64,000 nt of DNA from an uncultured delta proteobacterium. Lineage in GTDB: Bacteria; Myxococcota; Myxococcia; SLRQ01. The stretch lies in NCBI GenBank assembly GCA_963727485.1, contig CAVSGM010000001.1:64001-128000 (forward strand), written 5' to 3'. Made by a program: the position numbers and the translations under genes. The notes under the pieces are model-generated. The model did not search any database. It was not told the DNA's origin and was given only the letters and a program-made list of their open reading frames with translations. Shown piece after piece: positions 10,909-20,915 of the stretch (positions are counted from its first letter, which is position 1; each line of letters starts with the position of its first letter).

Positions 10909-13900
10909 GGCGCCCGGCCCTCGGCGGCCTCGTGGCCCTCTGTCTCGCCGCGGTGGCGGCGCCGGCGTCCGCGGCCCCCGGGGCCAAGGGCAAGCCGGCC
11001 AAGCCGGGCAAGGTCGCCACCGGGCCCGCCCCCGGGGCCCCGGGCAAGGGCCGCTCGGCGGTGGTCCCCAAGCCCGGGGGGGGCAATCAGAAGCCCAAGA
11101 CGCCCGCCGAGCTGAAGGCCGAGGCCGCCAAGAAGGCCGCCGCCGAGATGGCGCGCCTGCCCCCCGAGCTCCGGGACGTGATGCGGGAGGTGAACAGCTT
11201 CGAGAAGCAGGCCGCCGAGTACCGCCAGGAGGTCCAGCTCCTCGTCGAGCGCAAGTACAAGCGCAAGCGGGCGTCGCTGGCGGCGAGCTACGAGAAGGCC
11301 ATCGAGAACCTCGAGGTCCTCGAGCGCAAGGACCGCCTCGACGCCATCGCCCAGTTCGAGGAGTTCCTCTCCCGCTATCCCCACGAGGCCGACTACACCC
11401 CGGCGGCGATGATGCGCCTCGCCGAGCTCTACTACGAGAAGACCGAGGACGAGTACCAGATCGCCGAGAAGGCCTACTACAAGAAGCTCGACAGCCTCCC
11501 CGCCGACCAGCGCAGCAAGGTCGCGCCGCTTCCGCCCAAGCGCTACGAGAAGCCGATCGCCCTCTACCAGAAGGTGATCACCGAGTTTCCCCGGTACCAG
11601 TATGTCGACGGGGCCTACTACCTCCTCGGCTACCTCCTGGGGGAGCAGGACGAGCACGACGCCGAGCTCGCCACCTTCCACACCCTGGTCACCAAGTTCC
11701 CCAAGAGCAAGTTCGTCCCCGAGGTGTGGCTGCGCATCGGCGAGTTCTACTTCGACGCCGACCAGAGCGTGTACCCGGGCGCCCTGCAGAAGGCGATCGC
11801 CGCCTACAAGAAGGTGCTGCCCTACAAGCACCACCCGCTCTACGACAAGGTCCTCTACAAGCTGGGGTGGACCTACTACCGCGTCAACGACTTCCAGGAC
11901 GCGGTGAACACCTTCAGCGACCTGCTGGCCTTCTACCAGGCCAAGGCCAAGAAGGAGGGCGAGAAGAAGGTCGGCGGCGATCTGCGGGCCGAGGCGATCC
12001 AATACACCGCCATCTCCTTCGCCGACGACAAGTGGGGGAGCTTCGAGAAGGCCAAGCAGTTCTTCGCCGACCGGGGCCACCCGCCCTACGAGCTGGTGGT
12101 GATGCGCCGCCTCGGCGACGTCTACTACGACCTCACCAAGACCGACGCCGCGGTGAGCACCTACCGCTACGTGCTCTCGCGCTATCCCGACAGCGACGAC
12201 GCCCCGGCGATCCAGAAGAAGATCGTCGCCGCCTACACCCGGAACCGCGAGTTCCAGAAGGCCTTCGCCGCCCAGGAGGTGCTGGTCAAGAACTACTCGG
12301 TGGGCACCCCCTGGTACAGGAAGCACCAGAACGACCCCAAGGTCGTGGCCCAGGCGCGCAAGCTCACCGAGGACAGCCTCCGGGCCAGCGCCGTGTTCCA
12401 CCACAAGCAGGCCCAGGAGTACCGGCAGGAGGGCAAGGTCGAGCTCGCCTTCTCCGAGTACAAGCTCGCGGCCTCCGCCTACGGGCAGTATCTCAAGCTC
12501 TACCCGGACGCCAAGGACCGCTACGACTTCGAGTACTACTACGCCGACACCCTCTACAACTCGGCGCAGTTCCAGGCGGCGGCGAAGTACTTCGGGCTGG
12601 TGCGCGACTCCAACGTCGACAACACCTACCTCGAGGACTCGGCCCTCGGCGCGGTGCTCTCCTGGGACAAGGAGATCCAGGGTGAGGAGGCGGCGGGCAA
12701 GCTCACCAAGCGTCCGGTCGTCACCTCCAAGAACTGGCCGGCGGACAAGAAGGTCGTCGCCGAGAAGATCCCAAAGGTGGAGCTGTCCTACGTGGCCGCC
12801 GCCGACGCCTACGTCAAGCGCCTGCCCCACGGCGATCGGGCGCCCAACGTCGCCTACAAGGCCGGCGAGGTGTTCTACGTCTACGGTCACCACGCCGAGG
12901 CGCGCAAGCGCTTCGAGCAGGTGGTGGAGCGCTGGCCCAAGGCCGAGGCGGCCCAGTACGCCGCCAACCTCATCATCGAGACCTACCTCATCGCCAAGAA
13001 CTGGAAGGCGGTGGAGGAGACCAGCGCCAAGCTGCTGTCCAGCGCCGCCATCAAGAACGCCGGCGGCCAGGTGGCGGCGACCTTCAACCAGTTCAAGCTC
13101 GGCGGGCGGTTCAAGCGGGCCCAGCAGCTCTTCGACGCCGGCAGCTACGAGAAGGCGGCGGCGCTCTACCTCAAGCTGGTCAAGGAGGCGCCCCACTACA
13201 AGTACGCGGACAAGGCCGTGTACAACGCCGCCGTCTGCTACGAGAAGGTCCTGCGCTTCGAGAGCGCCCTGAAGCTCTACCAGAAGGTCTACCAGGACTA
13301 CCCCAAGAGCGCGCTGGCGGATCAGGCGCTCTTCCTGGTGGCCTACAACGCCGAGCGGGCCTTCGACTACGACAAGGCGGTGGAGCGCTACCTCTACCTG
13401 GTCCAGGACTACCCCCAGTCCCAGCAGCGCCAGGGTGCCCTCCAGAACGCCGCCATCCTCCTCTATCTCACCCAGCACTACGCCCGGGCAGCCAAGCAGT
13501 TCGAGCGCTACGCCCGGATGTACCCCAAGGCCGACCAGACCCCGCGGCTGCTCCTCCTCGCCGCCGAGAGCCGGGAGAAGCAGGGGGACCCCCGGGGCGC
13601 CATCCAGGCCTACCAGGAGTTCATCCGTCGCTACCGCCACGAGACGGCGAGCGCCTCCAAGGTGGTGGACGCGGAGCTGAAGACCGCCAAGGCCTACGAG
13701 AGCCTCCACGAGTCCCGGCGGGCCCAGGCGGCCTACCACGCCACGGTCAAGCTCTTCGACGCGCTCCAGCCCAAGCTCAAGGGGGACGACAAGGCGCTGG
13801 CGGCGGCCAGTGACCACGCGGCCGAGGCCCAGTTCATGATCGCCGAGGCGGCGTTCAAGACCTACGACGCCATCAAGATCGTCGCCCACGGCCGGGGCAA

Positions 13901-14528
13901 GCGCTTCCAGCGCAGCCTCAAGCACGTCATCGACGTCAAGAAGACCGAGGCCAAGAAGGTCAGCGATCTCTACAAGCAGATCTACCAGTACGGGCGCCTG
14001 GAGTGGACGCTGGCCGCCGCCTATCGCCTCGGCTACGTCCTCGACCGCTTCGCCAACGCGCTGCTCGAGGCCCCGGTGCCCCACGAGCTCAAGCGGCTGG
14101 GCGACGAGTACGTCTACGCCTACCAGGACCAGCTCTCGCAGATCGCCTTCCCCATCCAGGATCAGGCGGTGAAGGCCTACGCGGTGGCGGCGAAGAAGGC
14201 CAAGGAGGCGGGCATCGTCAACAAGTGGACGAAGCTCACCCTCGAGAGCCTCAACCGCTACGCCCCCGACAAGTGGCCCATCCTCAAGGAGGCCCGGGAC
14301 AAGCTGGTGGCCGCGCCCCTCTCCCCGAGGCCCCTGGCGCCGACGCCGGCGGGGATCCCCAGGGCCAAGCCCCAGGGCACCCGGCTCGGAGGCGGTCCCG
14401 GTGGCGCGGCCGGTGCGGTGGCGCCCCAGGCCCCGGCCCCGGCCGGCGGCACCGCAGCCACGACCGCTAAGCAGAAGGCGCCCGCCGCCGATGGGGGAGG
14501 CCAGCGCCTCGGAGCCAATGACAAGTAA
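10905..14528 (+). CDS. Large exported TPR protein, GltD/AgmU-like
   Basis: 1207 aa, signal peptide, many TPRs; EVWLRIGEFYFD, LYKLGWTYYR, DLRAEAIQY.AISF; C-terminal W.LAA.YRLG..F...L..APVP. Confidence 0.82.
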   Translation: MRRPALGGLVALCLAAVAAPASAAPGAKGKPAKPGKVATGPAPGAPGKGRSAVVPKPGGGNQKPKTPAELKAEAAKKAAAEMARLPPELRDVMREVNSFEKQAAEYRQEVQLLVERKYKRKRASLAASYEKAIENLEVLERKDRLDAIAQFEEFLSRYPHEADYTPAAMMRLAELYYEKTEDEYQIAEKAYYKKLDSLPADQRSKVAPLPPKRYEKPIALYQKVITEFPRYQYVDGAYYLLGYLLGEQDEHDAELATFHTLVTKFPKSKFVPEVWLRIGEFYFDADQSVYPGALQKAIAAYKKVLPYKHHPLYDKVLYKLGWTYYRVNDFQDAVNTFSDLLAFYQAKAKKEGEKKVGGDLRAEAIQYTAISFADDKWGSFEKAKQFFADRGHPPYELVVMRRLGDVYYDLTKTDAAVSTYRYVLSRYPDSDDAPAIQKKIVAAYTRNREFQKAFAAQEVLVKNYSVGTPWYRKHQNDPKVVAQARKLTEDSLRASAVFHHKQAQEYRQEGKVELAFSEYKLAASAYGQYLKLYPDAKDRYDFEYYYADTLYNSAQFQAAAKYFGLVRDSNVDNTYLEDSALGAVLSWDKEIQGEEAAGKLTKRPVVTSKNWPADKKVVAEKIPKVELSYVAAADAYVKRLPHGDRAPNVAYKAGEVFYVYGHHAEARKRFEQVVERWPKAEAAQYAANLIIETYLIAKNWKAVEETSAKLLSSAAIKNAGGQVAATFNQFKLGGRFKRAQQLFDAGSYEKAAALYLKLVKEAPHYKYADKAVYNAAVCYEKVLRFESALKLYQKVYQDYPKSALADQALFLVAYNAERAFDYDKAVERYLYLVQDYPQSQQRQGALQNAAILLYLTQHYARAAKQFERYARMYPKADQTPRLLLLAAESREKQGDPRGAIQAYQEFIRRYRHETASASKVVDAELKTAKAYESLHESRRAQAAYHATVKLFDALQPKLKGDDKALAAASDHAAEAQFMIAEAAFKTYDAIKIVAHGRGKRFQRSLKHVIDVKKTEAKKVSDLYKQIYQYGRLEWTLAAAYRLGYVLDRFANALLEAPVPHELKRLGDEYVYAYQDQLSQIAFPIQDQAVKAYAVAAKKAKEAGIVNKWTKLTLESLNRYAPDKWPILKEARDKLVAAPLSPRPLAPTPAGIPRAKPQGTRLGGGPGGAAGAVAPQAPAPAGGTAATTAKQKAPAADGGGQRLGANDK

Positions 14529-16092
14529 TCGCCGACATCGCCGGGTGGCCCTGGTGGGCCTGCTCGCCGGCCTGGCCCTCGCCGGGTGCGCCTCGACGCC
14601 CCAGGCGGGCCCGGGCCCCGGGTCGACATCCGCCGCCGGGGGCGTCACCCCCGAGATCCCCGGCGGATCCGAGGGCGGTTCGGCCGCCACGGGGCAGGGC
14701 GCGTCCGGGCCCGGTGCCACCTCGGGGGGCTCGCGCCTCGGGGCCGCCGCCCCCGGGACCGCCCGCGCCCCGGCCGAGCCTCCGGCGCCCCCTCCGCCCA
14801 CGGGCCCCTTCGCCGAGGGGGTCGCCGCCGCCAACGCCGGCAACGCCGCCGCCGCCGCCGCCCACTTCCAGGCCGCGGCGACCGAAACCCCGGACGCCAA
14901 GTGGGCCTGGTACGACCTGGGGGTGGTCCGGGAGCGTCAGGCCCGGTGGAGCGAGGCCAAGGCCGCCTACGAGAAGGCCCTGTCGATCCAGGGCGACTTC
15001 GACGCCGCCGCCGGCAACCTCGCCCGGCTCCAGGTGCGTCGGGGCCAGGCCGCGGCCGCCGAGGCCGACCTCCGGGCGCGGATCACCAGGTTTCCGGCGA
15101 ACCTCGGCCTGCGCAACGACCTGGCCCAGGTCCTGGTGTCCCAGGGCCGCCTCGACGCCGCCTTCACCGAGGTGAAGAAGGTGCTCAAGGCCGACGAGCG
15201 CAACGTCGGGGCGATGCTCATCCTCGGGCAGATCTTCTACCAGCAGAAGAAGTACGAGCTGGCCGGCTCGGTCCTCGACAACGCCGCCAAGCTCTCCCCC
15301 GACGACCCGGCGATCCCAAACCTCCGGGCCTTCGTCTACCTGGCGCAGAAGCAGCGCAAGGACGCCCTGGAGAGCTTCCGCCAGGCGGCGAGCCTCCGTC
15401 CCGACTTCCCCGAGGCCCACGTCAACTACGGCGCCTTCCTCAACGAGGCCCAGGACTTCGACCAGTCGGTGCGGGAGCTCGAGCTTGCCGTGCGCTACGC
15501 CCCGGGGATGGTCGCCGCCCACCTCGACCTCGCCAACGCCTACCGGGGGGCCAAGCAGTACGACAAGGCCATCGCCGAGTACCAGAAGGTCCAGGCCCTC
15601 GATCCGGGCAACAAGGACGTGCTCTTCGACCTCGGCCTCCTCTATCTCGACGCCCCCATCGGCAAGGGGCAGGTCCTCGCCCGGCTCCAGAAGGCCCAGG
15701 CCTACTTCCAGAAGTACCGGGCCGCCGGCGGCGATGACCCCCGGCTCGCCGACTACCTCAAGGACGCGACCAAGGCGATCGGCAAGGAGCAGCGCAAGGA
15801 GAAGCGCCAGGAGGAAGATGCGCTGAAGAAGGCCAAGGCGGCGGCGGCCAAGCAGAAGGCCGAGGCGGCGGCGGCAGCGAAGGCGGCGGCGGCGGCGAAG
15901 GCGGCGGCGGCAGCGAAGGCGGCGGCGGCCAGGAAGGCGGCTGCCGAGAAGGCCGCCGCCGAGAAGGCCGCCGCGGCCCACAGCTCCCGGCTCGGCGGGG
16001 GTCCCGGCGGCGGGCCGGGTGGGGACAGCGGGGCGTCCGACCAGGGGTCCGGGGGCAGCCGCCTGGGGGGTGGTCCCGGGGGCGACAAGTAG
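14518..16092 (+). CDS. TPR lipoprotein, GltE/AglT-like
   Basis: Lipobox LALAG-C, TPR array, Ala/Lys-rich helical tail; follows the GltD-like gene. Confidence 0.8.
   Translation: MTSNRRHRRVALVGLLAGLALAGCASTPQAGPGPGSTSAAGGVTPEIPGGSEGGSAATGQGASGPGATSGGSRLGAAAPGTARAPAEPPAPPPPTGPFAEGVAAANAGNAAAAAAHFQAAATETPDAKWAWYDLGVVRERQARWSEAKAAYEKALSIQGDFDAAAGNLARLQVRRGQAAAAEADLRARITRFPANLGLRNDLAQVLVSQGRLDAAFTEVKKVLKADERNVGAMLILGQIFYQQKKYELAGSVLDNAAKLSPDDPAIPNLRAFVYLAQKQRKDALESFRQAASLRPDFPEAHVNYGAFLNEAQDFDQSVRELELAVRYAPGMVAAHLDLANAYRGAKQYDKAIAEYQKVQALDPGNKDVLFDLGLLYLDAPIGKGQVLARLQKAQAYFQKYRAAGGDDPRLADYLKDATKAIGKEQRKEKRQEEDALKKAKAAAAKQKAEAAAAAKAAAAAKAAAAAKAAAARKAAAEKAAAEKAAAAHSSRLGGGPGGGPGGDSGASDQGSGGSRLGGGPGGDK
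15832..15976 (+). repeat. Imperfect Ala/Lys repeats (AAAAAK, KAAAE), TolA-like tail
   Basis: GCGGCGGCGGC(A/G)GCGAAG 18-bp units and GAGAAGGCCGCC units. Confidence 0.7.
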
Positions 16093-16220
16093 CCATGGCG
16101 CCACGGGATCCTTACCGATTGCCCACAGCCCTCGGGCCGCTGGATCGCTCCGAGGAATTTCGGGTAGGATGCCCGGACGACTCGATGGGACCGGTTTCGA
16201 GACGCCGGGGCTCGGCAACC

Positions 16221-16490
16221 ATGCGACAGATGTTCAGGTACAGGTCGATTGCGGCGGTGCTCGCCGTCGTGCTAACAGCAGCCTTTTGTGGGGCGGCCTG
16301 GGCCCAGTCCACGGGTCCCCGGCGGAAGAAGAAGGTCATTCGCCTGCAGGAGATCACCGTCGAAGGGCGCATCCAGAAGCCGCAGGCGTTCTACATCCTC
16401 CCCCGGTCCAACCTCGACTACAAAGCCCTGGAGAAGCCCGAGCACTTCCTGGGAAAGATCAAGGCGTCGGTCAAGAAGGCGCCGTTCTAG
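16221..16490 (+). CDS. Small exported GltF-like protein
   Basis: 89 aa, signal peptide, ITVEGRIQKPQAFYIL.R and C-terminal F..KI..SV...PF; follows the GltE-like gene. Confidence 0.8.
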   Translation: MRQMFRYRSIAAVLAVVLTAAFCGAAWAQSTGPRRKKKVIRLQEITVEGRIQKPQAFYILPRSNLDYKALEKPEHFLGKIKASVKKAPF

Positions 16491-16565
16491 GTGAGTGGCG
16501 TCCTCCCGGACGCCCGAGGCATCCATCACTACTGCGTGGCTTGAAGCCCCATATGGAGAAGCAGC

Positions 16566-17222
16566 ATGGGTAACATTGCTAAGTTTTTCGTCGACGGCGG
16601 CGTCTGGATGTATCCGATCGCCCTGATGTCGGTCATCGGCGTGGCCATCATCATCGAGCGGTTCATCTTCCTGTTCTTCAAGTACAACATCAACGGGAAC
16701 GCCTTCATGGCGCAGATCCAGAAGCTGGTGATGGCCAACAACATCGACCGGGCCATCAAGCTGTGCAACGCGGCCCCGTCGGCGGCGCTGCCCAAGGTCA
16801 TCAAGTCCGGCCTCACCCGCGCCAACAAGGGCGAGATGGAGATCGAGAACGCGGTGGAGGAGGCGACCCTCGAGGTCATCCCGTCCATCACCAAGCGGAC
16901 CAACACCCTCCAGGCGGTCGCGAACCTCGCCACCCTCCTCGGGCTGCTCGGTACCGTCATCGGCCTCATCCAGGCGTTCGAGGCGGTGGCCGCGGCGGCG
17001 CCGGACCAGAAGGCCGCCCTGCTCACCAAGTCGATCTCCATCGCCATGAACACCACCGCCTTCGGGCTGATCGTGGCCATCCCCTGCATGGGCGCCCACG
17101 TCATCCTCTCGGGCATCACCAAGAAGATCATCGACGAGATCGATCAGTACTCGGTGAAGCTGGAGAACCTGCTCATCTCCCGCGGCAAGGGCGCGGTGGG
17201 TCAGGTCGAGCGCGCGCAGTAG
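16566..17222 (+). CDS. MotA/TolQ/ExbB proton-channel protein (AglR-like)
   Basis: GGVWMYPI, IIIERF, ATLLGLLGTVIGLIQAF, ISIAMNTTAFGL; three TM segments. Confidence 0.93.
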   Translation: MGNIAKFFVDGGVWMYPIALMSVIGVAIIIERFIFLFFKYNINGNAFMAQIQKLVMANNIDRAIKLCNAAPSAALPKVIKSGLTRANKGEMEIENAVEEATLEVIPSITKRTNTLQAVANLATLLGLLGTVIGLIQAFEAVAAAAPDQKAALLTKSISIAMNTTAFGLIVAIPCMGAHVILSGITKKIIDEIDQYSVKLENLLISRGKGAVGQVERAQ

Positions 17223-17317
17223 CACCGCCGTACCCGGATGCCTCGCCGGCGCCGGCGCCCACGCAGGGGTGCCGGCGCCTTCCGGCGACCCGGTAGGACG
17301 TTATCCAGAGGGACTCA

Positions 17318-17827
17318 ATGGCAGCCAGACCGTCGAACCGTGGACATGGTGTGGAGGATCTCGAGGAGCTGAACCTCATCCCCATCATGAACCTCATCGT
17401 CATCCTGATCCCGGCGCTCCTGCTCACGGCCGCGTTCGTGCAGTTCGCCGTGATCAACGTGTCGGCGCCCCAGATTGGGAGCGGCGTGGCCCAGACCAAG
17501 CCCCCCGACTCGAAGCACAAGCCCCTGAACCTCACCATCGCGGTGACCGACAAGGGCTTCACCATCGCCGGCACCGGCGGGGTGCTCGGCGACCAGAGCA
17601 AGAACGCCGGCCCCACCATCCCCAAGCTCGGCGACAAGTACGACTACACGGCGCTCACCAAGAAGCTGTCGGACATCAAGCAGGCCTTCCCCGACGACAC
17701 CAAGGTGATCATCAGCGCCGACCCCAAGATCCACTACGATATCATCGTCAAGGTGATGGACGCCTCGCGTGAGACCGACGGCCGGGTGCTCTTCCCGGTC
17801 GTGGTGCTCTCCGCCGGCATCACCTGA
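17318..17827 (+). CDS. ExbD/TolR family protein (AglQ-like; Asn at the conserved Asp position)
   Basis: ELNLIPIMNLIVILIPALL TM segment; IISAD..IHYDIIVKVMDA. Confidence 0.9.
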   Translation: MAARPSNRGHGVEDLEELNLIPIMNLIVILIPALLLTAAFVQFAVINVSAPQIGSGVAQTKPPDSKHKPLNLTIAVTDKGFTIAGTGGVLGDQSKNAGPTIPKLGDKYDYTALTKKLSDIKQAFPDDTKVIISADPKIHYDIIVKVMDASRETDGRVLFPVVVLSAGIT

Positions 17828-17846
17828 TCCCCTCGGAGCGACGCAC

Positions 17847-18455
17847 ATGGCAAAGCAAGATCAGGGCCTTAGCCCCGCCGGCAACCCCTCCGAGGATCTC
17901 GGCGATCTCTCGCAGTTCCAGGTCGCGGGCGACGACTTCAACGTCCGCTCCCGGCGCAAGCCCAAGAGCCTGGGGGACGTCGGGGGCCTGACGGTCACCT
18001 CGCTGATGGACATCCTGACCATCATCCTGGTGTTCCTCCTCAAGAGCTACTCGGCGAACCCGGTCAACGTGACCATGTCCTCGGTGCTGAAGATCCCCGA
18101 GTCCACGGCCCACATGATGGCCGAGCAGGCGGTCCCGGTGGCGATCACCCAGACCAACATTCTCGTCGACGATAAACCCGTGGCCGATGTGTCCGATGGG
18201 GAGGTCGATGCCTCGACCAAGCGAGATGGCGCCAAGGGCTACTTCATCACCCCGCTCTTCGACGCCCTGTCCAAGCAGGCGGACAAGCAGAAGCGGATCG
18301 CCAAGGCGAACTCCTCCCAGCAGTTCAAGGGACTGGCCCTCATCATCGCGGACAAGGACACCCCCTATCGCTTGCTCAACGAGGTGCTCTACACTGCGGG
18401 GCAGGCCCAGTTCGGACAGTTCAAGTTCGTCGTCGTCGCTGAGAACGGCATGTAG
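17847..18455 (+). CDS. ExbD/TolR family protein (AglS-like)
   Basis: LTVTSLMDILTIILVFLLKSYS; IIADKDTPYRLL.EVLYTAGQA.F. Confidence 0.9.
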   Translation: MAKQDQGLSPAGNPSEDLGDLSQFQVAGDDFNVRSRRKPKSLGDVGGLTVTSLMDILTIILVFLLKSYSANPVNVTMSSVLKIPESTAHMMAEQAVPVAITQTNILVDDKPVADVSDGEVDASTKRDGAKGYFITPLFDALSKQADKQKRIAKANSSQQFKGLALIIADKDTPYRLLNEVLYTAGQAQFGQFKFVVVAENGM

Positions 18456-18503
18456 TGACGGTCGACGGAGGTACACGGGTGGGCCGCAGGACCTGAGAGG
18501 CTG

Positions 18504-19865
18504 ATGGCCACACGCGCGCAACAGAAGATCCTCCGCATCGGAGTCATCCAGGGGGGCAAGATTGTCGAGGAGCGGCTCATCCGCTCCCGCGAGAACGTGA
18601 CCATCGGGTCCAGCCCGAAGGCCACCCTGGTGGTTCCGGCCTCGTCGCTCCCGCGCAGCTTCGACCTCTTCGAGGTCCGGGGCGGGCAGTACCACCTGGC
18701 CTTCACCGAGGCCATGGACGGCCGGGTCTCGGCGGGCAGCGGGGTCCTCGACTTCGCCGCCCTCAAGGGCCAGAACCTGGCCCGGCGCAAGGGTGACCTC
18801 TACACCTACGCGCTCCCGGAGACCGCCCGGGGCAAGGTCACCCTCGGCGACCTCACCATCCTCTTCCAGTTCGTGAGCCCGCCCCCGGAGCCCGCCAAGC
18901 CGGTGCTCCCCAAGGAGGCGCGGGGCGGCTGGGTGAAGAGCATCGACAAGGTCTTCACCATCCTCCTGCTGGCGTCCTTCACCTTCCACGCGGTGAGCTT
19001 CTACGTCCTCGACAACACGCCGCTGCCCAAAGAGGTCACCTTCGACCAGCTCCCCGATCGCTTCGCCAGGATGATCGCCCCCAACCTCAAGAAGGAGAAG
19101 CCCAAGCTGCCGCCCAAGGGCAAGAGTGGCGAGGGTGAGGGGCACAAGAAGAAGCTGGCGAAGAAGGACGAGCCGAAGAAGGACCAGGGCAGCAAGGACA
19201 GCAAGGCCGACATCCGCCACCGGGCGGCGAGCCAGCAGGTGCAGCAGAAGGTGCGGAGCACCGGGCTTCTGGCCATCATCGGCTCCAAGAGCACCGGCGC
19301 CGCGGCCGCCGGGAGCACCCTGGTCGCCGACATCGTCGGCAGCGGCGTCACCGGCGACCTCGACAGCGCCCTCAAGCACGTCAGCGGGGTGGGCGTGGCC
19401 ACCGGCAGCGATGCCCTGGCCCTCAAGACCGGCCTCAAGGGCGGCGGGGACGGCAAGGCCGCCGACATCGGCCAGCTCGCCACCCACGGCGGTGGTCACG
19501 TGGGCACCGGCCACCGCCACAGCCCGGTGATCCGGGGCACCATCTCCGCGGGCCAGACCGAGGTCGACTCGAGCACCGTCAACGCCTCAGCCATCACCCA
19601 CTACATCAAGGCCCGGATGCGCTCCATCACCAGCTGCTACGAGATGCAGCTCAAGCGCAACCCATCCCTCAAGGGCAAGCTGCTGGTGCGCATCACCATC
19701 AACACCCGGGGCATGGTGGGCGACATCGAGTTCGACGAGGACACCCTCCACAGCGCCGCGGTCCGGGACTGCGTCCGCAACCGGATCCGGCCCTGGCGCT
19801 TCCCGGTGAAGCCCAGCGAGTCCACCCCGGTGAGCGTGCCCTTCATCTTCGCGCCGTCGAGCTAG
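18504..19865 (+). CDS. GltG/PglI-like energy transducer with TonB-like C-terminal domain
   Basis: Cytoplasmic FHA-like N-terminus, one TM, Lys/Gly-rich linker, I..CYE.QLKRNP.L.GK and WRFP...V.VPFIF. Confidence 0.85.
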   Translation: MATRAQQKILRIGVIQGGKIVEERLIRSRENVTIGSSPKATLVVPASSLPRSFDLFEVRGGQYHLAFTEAMDGRVSAGSGVLDFAALKGQNLARRKGDLYTYALPETARGKVTLGDLTILFQFVSPPPEPAKPVLPKEARGGWVKSIDKVFTILLLASFTFHAVSFYVLDNTPLPKEVTFDQLPDRFARMIAPNLKKEKPKLPPKGKSGEGEGHKKKLAKKDEPKKDQGSKDSKADIRHRAASQQVQQKVRSTGLLAIIGSKSTGAAAAGSTLVADIVGSGVTGDLDSALKHVSGVGVATGSDALALKTGLKGGGDGKAADIGQLATHGGGHVGTGHRHSPVIRGTISAGQTEVDSSTVNASAITHYIKARMRSITSCYEMQLKRNPSLKGKLLVRITINTRGMVGDIEFDEDTLHSAAVRDCVRNRIRPWRFPVKPSESTPVSVPFIFAPSS

Positions 19866-19911
19866 TACCCGGGCGACAGGCGCCGACCAGCGAACAGGGG
19901 GCCGGCGGAAC

Positions 19912-20913
19912 ATGAAGGCGAAGCGCCTCGACGAGCTGCAGGCTCTCCTCGGCTCCGGTGACTTCGCCACCTGGTGGGCCGAGGTCTCCCAGGTCCGCGA
20001 GGCCCTCGCCGAGACCGGTCGGCGCTACGAGGACACCCTGGCCCAGGAGACCCTCGCCGAGTTTCGCGCCGAGCTCGCCCAGAAGAACGGCATCGACACC
20101 CTCTACGGTTCCGGCGACGACGAGGACGAGGCGGCAAGGCTCCTCGCCGAGGCGGCCACCGTGGAGAACCGCTCCATCGAGGCGGTGGGCGCCTACGAGG
20201 ACCAGCGCTTCCGGGCCTCCGACGCCTGGATCCGGCTGGGCGCGGTGGAGAAGACCGTGGAAGAGGCCCGGGAGCGGGTGGCGGCGCTCCGGGCGAAGGG
20301 ACCGGCGGGAGAGGCCGAGGCCCAGCGCCTGGAGGCGGAGATGGCGCCGGCGATCCGCGAGCACCGGACCATCCACGAGGCCTACGAGCGGGAGAGCGCC
20401 CGGAAGAACCGCCTGTGGGAGGAGGTCGAGGGGATGTGGGCCCGGTCCCTGGAGCTCTCGCTCCTCCACGCCGAGAAGCAGGCCAAGGCCCAGAAGGTCA
20501 AGCGCGAGGCCGAGCAGCTCTTCGGGGCCTCCGAGGCCTCCAAGCAGCGCGCCCTGGCCCTGTCCCGGGAGGCGGAGGACCTCTCCACCAGCCGCGAGGG
20601 CCTGGAGCGGCGCCTCGAGGGGCTCTTCCGTCACGCCCGCGAGGCCTTCGACTGCGTCGCCGGCGACGACTTCCTCTACTGGGGCGCCCGGGAGAACGAC
20701 AAGCTCGCCTACTGCGTGCCGCTGATCGCCGACGACGGAGGTCACTACAACATGGAGGTCGAGCCCCTGCAGGTGTACAAGGTCACCGCCCGGGACGGGG
20801 TGGGGCGCCTGGAGCCCCTTCCGCCCGAGGGCCTCGACCCCGAGGACGGGGACCGGCGGATCGAGGCCTACTTCATCCAGGATCGCCGGGGCCAGCCGGC
20901 AGGGGGAACCTGA
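19912..20913 (+). CDS. Hypothetical coiled-coil protein
   Basis: 333 aa, E/R/A-rich helical region with a small beta-like C-terminus; GC3-rich codon pattern; no signal peptide. Confidence 0.65.
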   Translation: MKAKRLDELQALLGSGDFATWWAEVSQVREALAETGRRYEDTLAQETLAEFRAELAQKNGIDTLYGSGDDEDEAARLLAEAATVENRSIEAVGAYEDQRFRASDAWIRLGAVEKTVEEARERVAALRAKGPAGEAEAQRLEAEMAPAIREHRTIHEAYERESARKNRLWEEVEGMWARSLELSLLHAEKQAKAQKVKREAEQLFGASEASKQRALALSREAEDLSTSREGLERRLEGLFRHAREAFDCVAGDDFLYWGARENDKLAYCVPLIADDGGHYNMEVEPLQVYKVTARDGVGRLEPLPPEGLDPEDGDRRIEAYFIQDRRGQPAGGT

Positions 20914-20915
20914 CG

